DNA of 64,000 bases from Christensenellaceae bacterium. Its GTDB lineage: Bacteria > Bacillota > Clostridia > Christensenellales > UBA1750. The translations under genes and the position numbers were made by a program. The stretch is from positions 1,665-65,664 of the forward strand of contig JAITGM010000016.1 of assembly GCA_031280685.1 (NCBI GenBank), in the 5' to 3' direction. Shown one piece after another: positions 46,531-54,630 of this stretch (positions within the stretch are counted from its first letter, which is position 1; every line of letters begins with the position of its first letter). Below the pieces are notes generated by a model. That model was not told the origin of the DNA, did no database searches, and saw only the letters and a program-made list of their open reading frames with translations.

Positions 46531-46574
46531 CATCCCGGAGCTTCCTCACGGCCGCGGCCTTCTTTTGCGATGCT

Positions 46575-47738
46575 TTAGGCCCTGTAGGCCTCGTGCAGCG
46601 CACTCGCCGCGCGCTGCGCCTCATCCGCCCTCAGCAAAATCGAAACCTGAATTTCTGAGGTCGTCACCAGCAAGGGCTTCAGGCCCAGCCTGGCCAGTTC
46701 CCCAAAGATGCCAGCCGCGATGCCGCACTGCTTTTCCATGCCAAGGCCGGCCGCGGTAAGCTTCACAAGCCCTTCTTGAATTTCGGCGCCGTTCAGGGCG
46801 GCGGCCGCCTTCTCGGCCTCCCCCTCGGCGATGGTGAAGGCCACCCCGCCCGGGGAGACCTGGGCGATCATGTCGATGTTCACGCCGATTTCCGCCATCT
46901 TTAAAAAGATTTCCGAAGCCCTCGCGGCGTCCGGCAGGGTGACGAGGCTCTGGCCTGCCTCAGCATGCACCTGGGTTACTCCAGCGTTTTGCAGCAGAAG
47001 ATCCTGCATGTCATACAGCCCGGGGCCCTTCTGCGTGATGAACTCGGCCGCCCGCAGCGCGCCGATGGCGAAGATGCGCCTCGATGCCGCGTGGTGGCTC
47101 AAAATCACGCTCTCGTCGCTGCCATAAAAGTCGATCTCGTGCTCGCCGGTCAGCGTGCCGCCCCGCACCGCGTGGATGCCGATCTCGTCCTTCTCGCGCT
47201 TGGCCACCCCTTCGCGCCCGAAGACATACTCTGGCTTGTCGCGCAGCGCGTCCGCAATGCCATCGGCAAAGAGCAGCGCCGTGCCGGAGGGCGCGTCCAC
47301 CTTGGTGTTGTGGTGGCGCTCGATGATCTCAATATCAAAGCCCTTCAGGTCCACCGCGGCCCGCTTGGCCAGGTTGAGCAGCACATTGACGCCGATGGAC
47401 ATGTTGGCGGTCTTAAAAACCGGGATCTCCTTGGCGGCGGCACGAACTTCCTCCATCTGCTCCTTGGAATAGCCCGTCGTGGCCAGCACGAGCGCCAGCT
47501 TTTTGGCTTTTGCGTAGGGCAAAAGGTCGTCCAGAGCATCCGGCCGCGAAAAGTCGATGAGCACATCGGCCCCCAGGCCGCAATCGGCCAGCCTCTCAAA
47601 GAGGGGGAAGCTCAGCTTCGCCCCTGCCGCGTACTTGTCTACGCCAGCCACAACCTCAAAGCCTTCGGTTTCCATGGCGCTGGCGGCCAACATCCTGCCC
47701 ATCTTGCCCAGGGCGCCGTTGACCAGTATCTTCGTCAT
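46575..47738 (-). CDS. dapB: 4-hydroxy-tetrahydrodipicolinate reductase fused to a C-terminal pair of aspartokinase-type ACT domains
   Basis: Residues 1 to ~255 form a complete DapB (GKMG NAD motif, ERHHNTKVDAPSGTA, ...GPGLYDMQDLL). About 130 further residues resemble aspartokinase regulatory ACT repeats (...IFLKMAEIGVNIDMIAQ... and ...GIAAGIFGELARLGLKPLLVTTSEIQVSILLRADEAQRAASALHEAY). Confidence 0.85.
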   Translation of the reverse strand: MTKILVNGALGKMGRMLAASAMETEGFEVVAGVDKYAAGAKLSFPLFERLADCGLGADVLIDFSRPDALDDLLPYAKAKKLALVLATTGYSKEQMEEVRAAAKEIPVFKTANMSIGVNVLLNLAKRAAVDLKGFDIEIIERHHNTKVDAPSGTALLFADGIADALRDKPEYVFGREGVAKREKDEIGIHAVRGGTLTGEHEIDFYGSDESVILSHHAASRRIFAIGALRAAEFITQKGPGLYDMQDLLLQNAGVTQVHAEAGQSLVTLPDAARASEIFLKMAEIGVNIDMIAQVSPGGVAFTIAEGEAEKAAAALNGAEIQEGLVKLTAAGLGMEKQCGIAAGIFGELARLGLKPLLVTTSEIQVSILLRADEAQRAASALHEAYRA

Positions 47739-47788
47739 GCTGCCATGCCTCCTTTGCGCATAAAAAGCGTTTTTTCTATCTTACTTAA

Positions 47789-48679
47789 TCAAATCAGTTT
47801 AAGCTCCGCAAGGCGCTGGCGCAGCAGCTTATGGGTTTCTTCCTGCATGTCAATCAACGGCAAGCGCAGCGGCCCCACGTCAAAGCCCATATCGCGCAAA
47901 GCGGTCTTGACGGGAATGGGATTTACCTCGGAAAACAGGGCCTTCCCCAGGGGGTTGACATTGAACTGCAGCTCCAGCGCGCCTTTCAGGTCGCCGCTCA
48001 GCCACTTTTGCACCATCTCGTGCATCAGGCGCGGAACGACATTGGAGACCACCGAAATAACCCCCTTGCCGCCCAGGGCGAGCAGGGGCACCACGTGGTC
48101 GTCGTTCCCTGAATACAGGGCGAGTTCCGGGCAAAGCCGCGCCACCTCCACGATCTGCTCGATATTGGCCGAAGCCTCCTTAATGCCCACGATGTTCTCG
48201 TGCTCCGCCAGCCTTTGCATCGTCTGCGGGGCGATGTTCAGCCCCGTTCTGCTGGGCACGTTATAAAGGATGATGGGCAGGGCCGTCGCGTCGGCGATGG
48301 TCGTGTAATGGCGGATCAGCCCCTCCTGCGTGGTCTTGTTGTAGTACGGCGTCACGAGCAGCAGCGCATCGGCGCCAAGGCGCTCTGCCTGCTTGGCCGA
48401 GTGCACGGCAAAGGCAGTGTCGTTACTGCCGGCGCCCGCGATCACGGGCACGCGGCCCTTCGCCCTCTCGAGCGCGCGGGCGATGACCTGCGCCTCCTCT
48501 TCCGCCGTCATGGTCGAGGGCTCGCCCGTGGTGCCGCACATCACCAGCGCGTCGATGCCCCCCTCAATCTGGTGGTCGATCAGCGCATCCAGGGTCTTCA
48601 AATTCAGGCCGTTCTGCGTAAAGGGCGTGACCATCGCGGTCGCCGCGCCGGTGAAAACCGTCTTTTTTGCCTTTCCCAT
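47789..48679 (-). CDS. dapA: 4-hydroxy-tetrahydrodipicolinate synthase
   Basis: 296-aa ORF with GTTGEPSTMT and the active-site lysine region (GIKEAS). Confidence 0.95.
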   Translation of the reverse strand: MGKAKKTVFTGAATAMVTPFTQNGLNLKTLDALIDHQIEGGIDALVMCGTTGEPSTMTAEEEAQVIARALERAKGRVPVIAGAGSNDTAFAVHSAKQAERLGADALLLVTPYYNKTTQEGLIRHYTTIADATALPIILYNVPSRTGLNIAPQTMQRLAEHENIVGIKEASANIEQIVEVARLCPELALYSGNDDHVVPLLALGGKGVISVVSNVVPRLMHEMVQKWLSGDLKGALELQFNVNPLGKALFSEVNPIPVKTALRDMGFDVGPLRLPLIDMQEETHKLLRQRLAELKLI

Positions 48680-48700
48680 CTTTTACACCTCCAAAGTCCT

Positions 48701-48735
48701 AAAAAACAACGACGCCCCTCTTTCAGCGGCGCCGC
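48701..48735 (-). terminator. Intrinsic terminator of the dapA leader (riboswitch expression platform)
   Basis: The minus strand has CGGCGCC-gctgaaagagg-GGCGTCG (one G-U pair) followed by TTGTTTTTTAGG, about 20 nt upstream of RBS GGAGGTG. Confidence 0.55.
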
Positions 48736-48784
48736 ATGTGCATTAGGCAAGCAACGGAAAATAAAACCCTCCCCTGCTCGGCCT

Positions 48785-49000
48785 ACACAGCGCTCCGCCT
48801 CGGGGAAAACCCCATCTCTCGTGCATGGCGGCAGTCGCATGGCCTCTGCGCCATGCGCCCAGGGCAAACCCCTCCCACCTTGGGGGAACGGCGCGCCCTT
48901 CGGCGGAGCAGCCCTTCATCCAGGCGGCCTTTCGGCGCCTTTTCGCGCCCCCTTGCCCCCCGAACTACCGCAGTCTCCGCAACCTCTGCTAGGTAATCCC
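48785..49000 (-). promoter_or_regulatory. Lysine riboswitch (L-box) candidate
   Basis: The minus strand carries the L-box landmarks in canonical order: AGAGGUUGCGGAG, GGUAGUU, GGCGCCGAAAGG, CUCCGCCGAAGG, CUGCC, then GGAGCGCUGUGUAGG. Plausible pairings are P1 CCUA/UAGG and P2 GCGGAG/CUCCGC. The dapA context is typical. Confidence 0.6.
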
Positions 49001-49001
49001 T

Positions 49002-49031
49002 ATTATATGGGCAAAAGGGCGGCGCTGTCAA
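49002..49031 (-). promoter_or_regulatory. Consensus sigma-A promoter for the dapA-dapB operon
   Basis: The minus strand has TTGACA, an 18-nt spacer, then TATAAT; both hexamers are perfect. Confidence 0.7.
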
Positions 49032-49111
49032 ACAAAAAAGTTTGGCCGCGCCGCCTCCCGGGTCGAATCTTGACAATGAGCCGCTTCCCTGCTACTCTGC
49101 CTGCAAGACGG

Positions 49112-49285
49112 CTACATTTCCTTCTCGTCCACCCAGTCCTTTGCGTCCTTGATGTTCTGGGCAGATGGGATCTGCACCCCGCTACCCGCCTCGTGCGCCT
49201 GCGCGCCGGTGCTGGCCAGGGTTTCAAATGCCGGCACCCTGCCGCCCTTTGAAGGCTCCCGCCTTCTCGCCTTGCGCTTCTTCAT
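49112..49285 (-). CDS. Small DUF3787-like protein (57 aa), missed by the ORF track
   Basis: AAGGAGG, 7 nt, then ATG. The product is MKKRKARRREPSKGGRVPAFETLASTGAQAHEAGSGVQIPSAQNIKDAKDWVDEKEM*. The C-terminal pattern (V.IPS..N..DAK.WVDE) matches my recollection of clostridial DUF3787 proteins. It falls below the track's apparent 60-aa cut-off. Confidence 0.6.
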   Translation of the reverse strand: MKKRKARRREPSKGGRVPAFETLASTGAQAHEAGSGVQIPSAQNIKDAKDWVDEKEM

Positions 49286-49384
49286 CTTTTCGCCTCCTTG
49301 AGAACCTCAAAAGTCCTTCAAAACCTAGCTTCCCCGCCAAAAGCGGGGCCTATCCAAGCCAAAAAGCGAAAGGGACCTTTTACC

Positions 49385-49927
49385 ATGCAGGTTCGCGATG
49401 CGCTCCTCCCCGACGCGCCGTTTCTCGCCGAAATCTACGCCCACTATGTGCTGAACTTCCCCTATTCTTTCGAAACCGAGCCGCCATCCGCCGCCGAGTT
49501 CGGGCGCCGCATCGCCGAAACCCAGGCCTTCTTCCCCTTCTTCGTCTGCGAAGAGGGCGATGAAATCCTGGGCTACGCCTACGCCCACTTTTACCACCCC
49601 CGCAAGGCCTACCAATGGGTTTGCGAAACCAGCATCTACGCAAAGGCCGGCAGCGGCCAAAGGGGCGTTGGCAGCGCGCTTTATGCAAGGCTGTTGCCGG
49701 CCCTTAAAGCGCAGGGCTTCGCCAAGGCCATGGCCGTTTTGGGCTGCCCCAACGAGGGCAGCGAGGCCTTTCACCAAAAATGGGGCTTTGCGCACTTGGC
49801 CACCCTGCCAAACCTCGGCTTTAAGCTCGGCGCCTGGCACGACGTCAAGTATTATTCCCTCGATTTGAACCCCATAAACGACGCCATGCGCGACCCGCTG
49901 CCCTACCACGAAATCGCGCAAAAATAG
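49385..49927 (+). CDS. GNAT family N-acetyltransferase (phosphinothricin/MSO acetyltransferase-like)
   Basis: Start re-set to MQVRDALLPDAPFLAEIY. Acetyl-CoA motif QRGVGSALYARLL. The overall layout resembles the PAT/YwnH subgroup. Confidence 0.8.
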   Translation: MQVRDALLPDAPFLAEIYAHYVLNFPYSFETEPPSAAEFGRRIAETQAFFPFFVCEEGDEILGYAYAHFYHPRKAYQWVCETSIYAKAGSGQRGVGSALYARLLPALKAQGFAKAMAVLGCPNEGSEAFHQKWGFAHLATLPNLGFKLGAWHDVKYYSLDLNPINDAMRDPLPYHEIAQK

Positions 49928-49957
49928 CTCGCTTTTGCCCCAAAACCGCAAAGAAAC

Positions 49958-49990
49958 GGCCGGGAAAGTTCTTTTCCCGGCCCAATTTTT
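49958..49990 (+). terminator. Rho-independent terminator after the GNAT gene
   Basis: GGCCGGGAAA-gttct-TTTCCCGGCC, followed by CAATTTTTG. Confidence 0.75.
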
Positions 49991-50186
49991 GCTCTTTGAC
50001 GCCTTTGTTAGCGGTCAGCCCGCGCCGCAAAACGGGCAGAAGAAAGCTTCGCGCTTCCCTCCGCCCATTGAGGAAGTCATGAACCTTCCCCCACCCTTTT
50101 GGATGATGGCACACGAGCGCCGCTCTCAAGGCCGCCCACGCGCGCTTGCCTTCCAAGCCAGCCTAGTTCCGCTTGCCGATCTATCC

Positions 50187-50912
50187 TTACGGCAAGTTTT
50201 GAAGCAATTCGTGCTCAACAACATAGAGGATATCATTGACCTGGTCCTCAACCCCATCTTCCAGCTCGTATCCGCTAAGCTCTGCCTTTGCCGCAGCTTC
50301 CAAGGCGCTTATAGCACCTAACGCAGCCACCAATTTCTGCGTCTTTTCCAGCATCGTTGCGGCAGGATCACTCTGGGCGAGAAGCAAGGCGTCGTAAGCC
50401 TCCTGCGCCGCGTTAACATATTCCGGGTTCTCGGTCAGGAACGCCGTCAATACAGTTTTTACCTCGTCCGCATCCAAAGGCTCGGTAATCGCAGGCGGCG
50501 CAGCGGGTGTAGGCGTCGGCTTCGGCAGCACCTTGCTCGCGACCCCGGAGCCCGCCCAAGCGGATTCGGTGGCCTGCGGAGCCCAATCCGTGGTAAAGAG
50601 AGTATATACCCGCAGGTAATCGCTGTGCACCCAGCTGCTTTGGCCGTTCACGATCACTTTTGCCCAAAGACCGTCAAACTCAAGAATGGTCAGTTCGGTT
50701 TCGCGCGGCAAAATGCGCAAAATCGGGTAGCTTAAGCCGGGGCCAGCGCGGAAATTGAGCCGGCGGGCGATGGTGAGCGCCTCCGCGTGCTCGAAGGGTT
50801 CAGTGATTTTGCACGGAATCCCGTTCGGGTAGTGGGTTTCGGCGGCAAAAGCCGTGGCACAGCCCAAGAGGAGCAGCGCCGCTGCCAGCGCGAGGGCCAG
50901 GATTCGTTTCAT
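50187..50912 (-). CDS. Secreted SH3b-domain protein
   Basis: Start re-set to MKRILALALAAALLLLGCATAFA, a signal peptide preceded by AAAGGGGA. SH3b segment LNFRAGPGLSYPILRILPRETELTILEFDGLWAKV. Confidence 0.75.
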   Translation of the reverse strand: MKRILALALAAALLLLGCATAFAAETHYPNGIPCKITEPFEHAEALTIARRLNFRAGPGLSYPILRILPRETELTILEFDGLWAKVIVNGQSSWVHSDYLRVYTLFTTDWAPQATESAWAGSGVASKVLPKPTPTPAAPPAITEPLDADEVKTVLTAFLTENPEYVNAAQEAYDALLLAQSDPAATMLEKTQKLVAALGAISALEAAAKAELSGYELEDGVEDQVNDILYVVEHELLQNLP

Positions 50913-50981
50913 CGTGTTCGATCCCCTTTCAATGCTTGGCAGCCCGCAAAGGAAGGACGAGCCGCGCAATCTCATGAAGGC

Positions 50982-51036
50982 AGTATATCCCTCCCCTGTC
51001 AATATATTTTTCCAACTATACATGATGTTTCATTAA
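50982..51036 (-). promoter_or_regulatory. Conserved upstream element, copy A (shared with 42516-42570)
   Basis: The gene strand reads TTAATGAAAC-atc-ATGTA-tagt-TGGAAA-aatat-ATTGAC-aGGGGAGGG-a-TATACT, 70 nt upstream of the SH3 gene ATG. Confidence 0.4.
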
Positions 51037-51074
51037 ATTCTTTATTATACACTCTGTCTTTGTTCATGAGACGA

Positions 51075-51114
51075 CAAAAATGGCCGCGAAGCGCTGTGCT
51101 CCGCGGCCATTTTC
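51075..51114 (-). terminator. Rho-independent terminator after coaX
   Basis: ATGGCCGCG-aagcgctgtgctc-CGCGGCCAT. On the minus strand it is followed by TTTTTGTCG. Confidence 0.65.
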
Positions 51115-51139
51115 CATGCTTTCCTTGCGGTTTACGCCC

Positions 51140-51913
51140 TCACTGCGGCGCGTTCCGGTCATAGAGGATTTTTAGGCCCTTCAGTGTGAGCCTGCCGTCG
51201 ATAATGTCGATAATCGGCGTTTCGCCAGCGACGATGTTGGCCAGCCCACCGGTGGCGATCACGCGAATGTCGTTCGAGCCAAGCTCGGCCCTCATCTTGC
51301 GCACAATATAATCGACCTGCCCCACATAGCCATAGACGATGCCCGCCTGCATGTTGGCGATGGTGCTGCGCTGAATCACGGCCTCGGGCTTGATCAGCTC
51401 AATCTTTGGTAGCTGCGCCGCGCGCTCGGCCAGGGCTTCGCTGGTCACGTTCACGCCCGGGGCGATCGCGCCGCCCAAAAAGTCGCCCTTGGCGCTTAAC
51501 ACGCCAAAGGAGGTCGCCGTCCCAAAATCGATGAAGATGCAGGGGCCGCCATACAGCGCGCCGGCGGCCACCGCGTTGCAGATGCGGTCAGAACCCAGGG
51601 ACTGCGGACTGTCGTACTTGATGTTGATGCCGGTCTTGATGCCGGGCGCGACCAGGATGGGCTGCACGGCGAAAAAATCCCTCAGCATGTGCTCGATGGT
51701 GAAATTGAGCGAGGGCACCACCGAGGAAACGATGATGCCGCTCACATCGCCGAAGCTCAGGCCGTTATAGGTCAAAAACGAGCGCATCTGGATGCCGTAT
51801 TCGTCGCTGGTCTTGATTCTATCGCTAGAAACGCGCCAGGCGCACGAGACCTCGTCCTCTTTAAAGATGGCGCACTTAATATTGGTGTTGCCAATATCCA
51901 TCGTCAGGATCAT
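51140..51913 (-). CDS. coaX: Type III pantothenate kinase
   Basis: 257-aa ORF with the N-terminus MILTMDIGNTNIK and a later DFGTA motif. Confidence 0.9.
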   Translation of the reverse strand: MILTMDIGNTNIKCAIFKEDEVSCAWRVSSDRIKTSDEYGIQMRSFLTYNGLSFGDVSGIIVSSVVPSLNFTIEHMLRDFFAVQPILVAPGIKTGINIKYDSPQSLGSDRICNAVAAGALYGGPCIFIDFGTATSFGVLSAKGDFLGGAIAPGVNVTSEALAERAAQLPKIELIKPEAVIQRSTIANMQAGIVYGYVGQVDYIVRKMRAELGSNDIRVIATGGLANIVAGETPIIDIIDGRLTLKGLKILYDRNAPQ

Positions 51914-51973
51914 TCCGTTAAAACCCCCAAGGAGCGGCCCTTAGCCGCCCGCGTTTTTTATGCCTTTTCACCC

Positions 51974-52573
51974 TTATTTACGCCTGTAAAACGGCACCGC
52001 CCGCCGTGCGGCCAGCACGATGGGCGTGACCACCAGGGCCGAAAGCGCGGCCTCGGGCAGGCCGTTCGTGCCCGCGATGCCCAGCACCGCGGGCAGGGCG
52101 GCGCTCGGTTCCAGGCCCATCAGCTCGGTGAATTTCGCTCCGTAGAGCAGGCAGATTGCGCCTAAGACCAGCACCGTGTTCGTCAGCGCGCCAGCCACCG
52201 CCCCGGCTGCCGCCGCGGGGGCTTCCTTGCCCCTAAACAGGGCAAAAACCGCCCTGTAGGCCAGCCAGGCGAGCGGCCCGATGCACAGCCTGGGCAGGAT
52301 GGACACGAAAAGCCAGCCCTCGATGAAGACCGGGCTTAAAAGCCCCGGCGCAGTCACCGCCTGGAAGAGGCTGAACAGCCCGAAGACCAGCCCTAGCGCC
52401 AGGCCCACGACCGGGCCTTCCAAAATGGCGCCCACGATCACGGGCAGGTACATCGTGGTGGCCTTCGCGGGGCCGACGGGCACGAACCCGAGGGGCGTGA
52501 ACCCCAGCACGATCAGGATGGCCGCCAGCATCCCCGTGACGGCCAGCTTGCGAGATTTTTCGCCGATTGCCAT
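51974..52573 (-). CDS. ECF transporter S component (by context probably pantothenate-specific, PanT-like)
   Basis: Start at MAIGEKSRKLAVTGMLAAI, preceded by GGAGGG. The six-TM S-component layout is present. It lies immediately upstream of coaX; the substrate assignment rests on context only. Confidence 0.7.
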   Translation of the reverse strand: MAIGEKSRKLAVTGMLAAILIVLGFTPLGFVPVGPAKATTMYLPVIVGAILEGPVVGLALGLVFGLFSLFQAVTAPGLLSPVFIEGWLFVSILPRLCIGPLAWLAYRAVFALFRGKEAPAAAAGAVAGALTNTVLVLGAICLLYGAKFTELMGLEPSAALPAVLGIAGTNGLPEAALSALVVTPIVLAARRAVPFYRRK

Positions 52574-52738
52574 GATAAATCCCTCCATTCAAGTTCGCCC
52601 TTTGGGCGATACCTGATGATCCTTCCGCAGCACTGCCCGCCATTCCGCGCGCGCAAATCCCCCCCGTCGTTCGGCACCGGCACCGCCAGGTTGCCGACTA
52701 GGGGCGCGCAAAGGGCCGGCGCGGCCGCGCTCCATCCA

Positions 52739-52767
52739 AGCATAGCGCAAAGCCGGGCCTTTTTCAA
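52739..52767 (-). promoter_or_regulatory. Sigma-A type promoter for the ECF-S/coaX operon
   Basis: The minus strand has TTGAAA, a 17-nt spacer, then TATGCT. A ~160-nt GC-rich leader follows. Confidence 0.45.
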
Positions 52768-52793
52768 GCTCCCTTTCGTAAGCTCGATCCGGC

Positions 52794-54446
52794 TCAAAAA
52801 ATCCCGACGGTTTCGCCGCCCTCGAGGATGTCGATCCCTTCCGCGGCCGGGGTCTTCGGTAACCCGGGCATGGCGATGATCTCCCCGGCGAAGGCCACCG
52901 CGAAGCCCGCCCCGGCGGAAAGGCGCACCTGCCGAATCTGCAGGCTAAAGCCCGACGGCGCGCCAAGCTTCTTGGGATCGTCCGAAAAGGAGTACTGCGT
53001 CTTGGCGATGCAGACCGGCAGGGGGCCGATTGCGTCCATGCGGCGCAGCTCCGCGCGCACACCGGGGGCGAAGCCCACGCCGGCGGCGCCGTAAACCCGT
53101 ATTGCCACGGTTTCGATCTTCTTTTCAAGGGGCAGCTCGAGGGCGTAGCTGAACTCCATCTTCGCGGGCGCCTCGCAAAGCAACGCAACGGCCTTTGCCA
53201 GCTCTTCGCCGCCCGCGCCGCCCTTGGCCCAAACCTCGCAAAGCGCCATCCCCACCGAAAGTTCGTTGAGCTTCCGCGTCACGAGGGCGATTTCGGCCTC
53301 GCTATCGGAACTGAAGCGGTTCAGCGCCACCACGACCGGCAGACGATAAACCTCCTTCATGTTCTTCACGTGGCGCAAAAGATTGGGCAGGCCCTTTTCG
53401 AGCGCGGCGAGGTCTTCCTTGCCAAGGTCTTGCTTTTTTACGCCGCCGTGGCACTTCAGCGCCCGGATCGTCGCCACCACGACCACGGCGCTCGGCTCGA
53501 TGCCCGCCATACGGCACTTGATATCCAAAAACTTCTCGGCGCCAAGGTCGGCGCCAAAGCCCGCTTCGGTGACCACATAGTCGGCAAGCTTCATCGCGGT
53601 CTTCGTCGCGATGACCGAGTTGCAGCCATGGGCGATGTTGGCAAAGGGTCCGCCATGCACGAGGGCCGGCGTGCCCTCCAGCGTCTGCACCAGGTTGGGG
53701 CGGATCGCATCCTTGAGCAGCACGGCCATCGCGCCCTGCGCCTTGAGCTGCGCCGCCGTGACCGCCTCACCCGCATAGCTATAGCCCACCACGATGTGCC
53801 CCAGCCGCGCCTTCAGGTCGTTCAAGTCCTCCGCCAGGCAAAAGATGGCCATGACCTCGGAGGCAGCGGTGATGTCGAAGCCATCCTCCCTGGGCATGCC
53901 GTTCGGCCTGCCCCCAAGGCCTGAAACAAGCTCGCGCAGCTGGCGGTCGTTCATGTCCATGCAGCGGCGCCACGAAACGCGGCGCGGATCGATCTGCAAC
54001 TCGTTCCCCTGCTGGATGTGGTTATCGATCAGCGCGGCCAGCAGGTTGTTGGCCGTGGTGATGGCGTGCAAATCGCCGGTGAAGTGCAGATTGATCTCTT
54101 CCATGGGCAGAACCTGCGCATAGCCGCCGCCCGCGGCGCCGCCCTTCACGCCAAAGACCGGCCCCAGCGAAGGCTCGCGCAGCGCCAGGCAGACCGAGGC
54201 CCCGCCCCTGCGCATGGCATCCGCCAGGCCGATGGAAACCGTGGTCTTCCCCTCGCCCGCGGGCGTGGGGTTAATCGCCGTGACCAGGATGAGCTTTGCC
54301 TTCTTCCCCCCGGGAACCTTCGCAGGGTCAATCTTGGCCTTGAGCCTGCCATAGGGCTCGAGCGCCTCTTCGGGCAGCGAAAGCGCCGCCGCGATCTCAA
54401 AAATGGGCTTCGGGCTTGCCGCCCTCGCGATGTCTAAATCCGTCAT
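52794..54446 (-). CDS. fhs: Formate--tetrahydrofolate ligase
   Basis: 550-aa ORF with [10 protein letters not shown] and other FTHFS signatures. Confidence 0.95.
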   Translation of the reverse strand: MTDLDIARAASPKPIFEIAAALSLPEEALEPYGRLKAKIDPAKVPGGKKAKLILVTAINPTPAGEGKTTVSIGLADAMRRGGASVCLALREPSLGPVFGVKGGAAGGGYAQVLPMEEINLHFTGDLHAITTANNLLAALIDNHIQQGNELQIDPRRVSWRRCMDMNDRQLRELVSGLGGRPNGMPREDGFDITAASEVMAIFCLAEDLNDLKARLGHIVVGYSYAGEAVTAAQLKAQGAMAVLLKDAIRPNLVQTLEGTPALVHGGPFANIAHGCNSVIATKTAMKLADYVVTEAGFGADLGAEKFLDIKCRMAGIEPSAVVVVATIRALKCHGGVKKQDLGKEDLAALEKGLPNLLRHVKNMKEVYRLPVVVALNRFSSDSEAEIALVTRKLNELSVGMALCEVWAKGGAGGEELAKAVALLCEAPAKMEFSYALELPLEKKIETVAIRVYGAAGVGFAPGVRAELRRMDAIGPLPVCIAKTQYSFSDDPKKLGAPSGFSLQIRQVRLSAGAGFAVAFAGEIIAMPGLPKTPAAEGIDILEGGETVGIF

Positions 54447-54630
54447 CTTCCTTCACCTCATGCTAAAATTGGGCTTATGCCAGCAAAAACTCTTCTTCCG
54501 CCTTGACTGCGGGCGTGTGGCGCGCTCGCTGACGCTCGCGCGGGGCCGCCGCGGCGCTCCGTGCCTTCGCTGGCGCTGTGGGGTCGCGATACCCTCGCCG
54601 GCCTAGCGCGCCAGTCCCACCCCTTCCTTG

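Noticed and set aside
50982-51000. Reading TTGACA...TATACT (and TTGACG...TAGAAT at 42516-42538) as an ordinary sigma-A promoter
   Set aside because: The hexamers are only 9-11 nt apart, far from the 16-19 nt needed. I also could not fit ECF, SigH or SigF/G/E/K consensus spacing convincingly.
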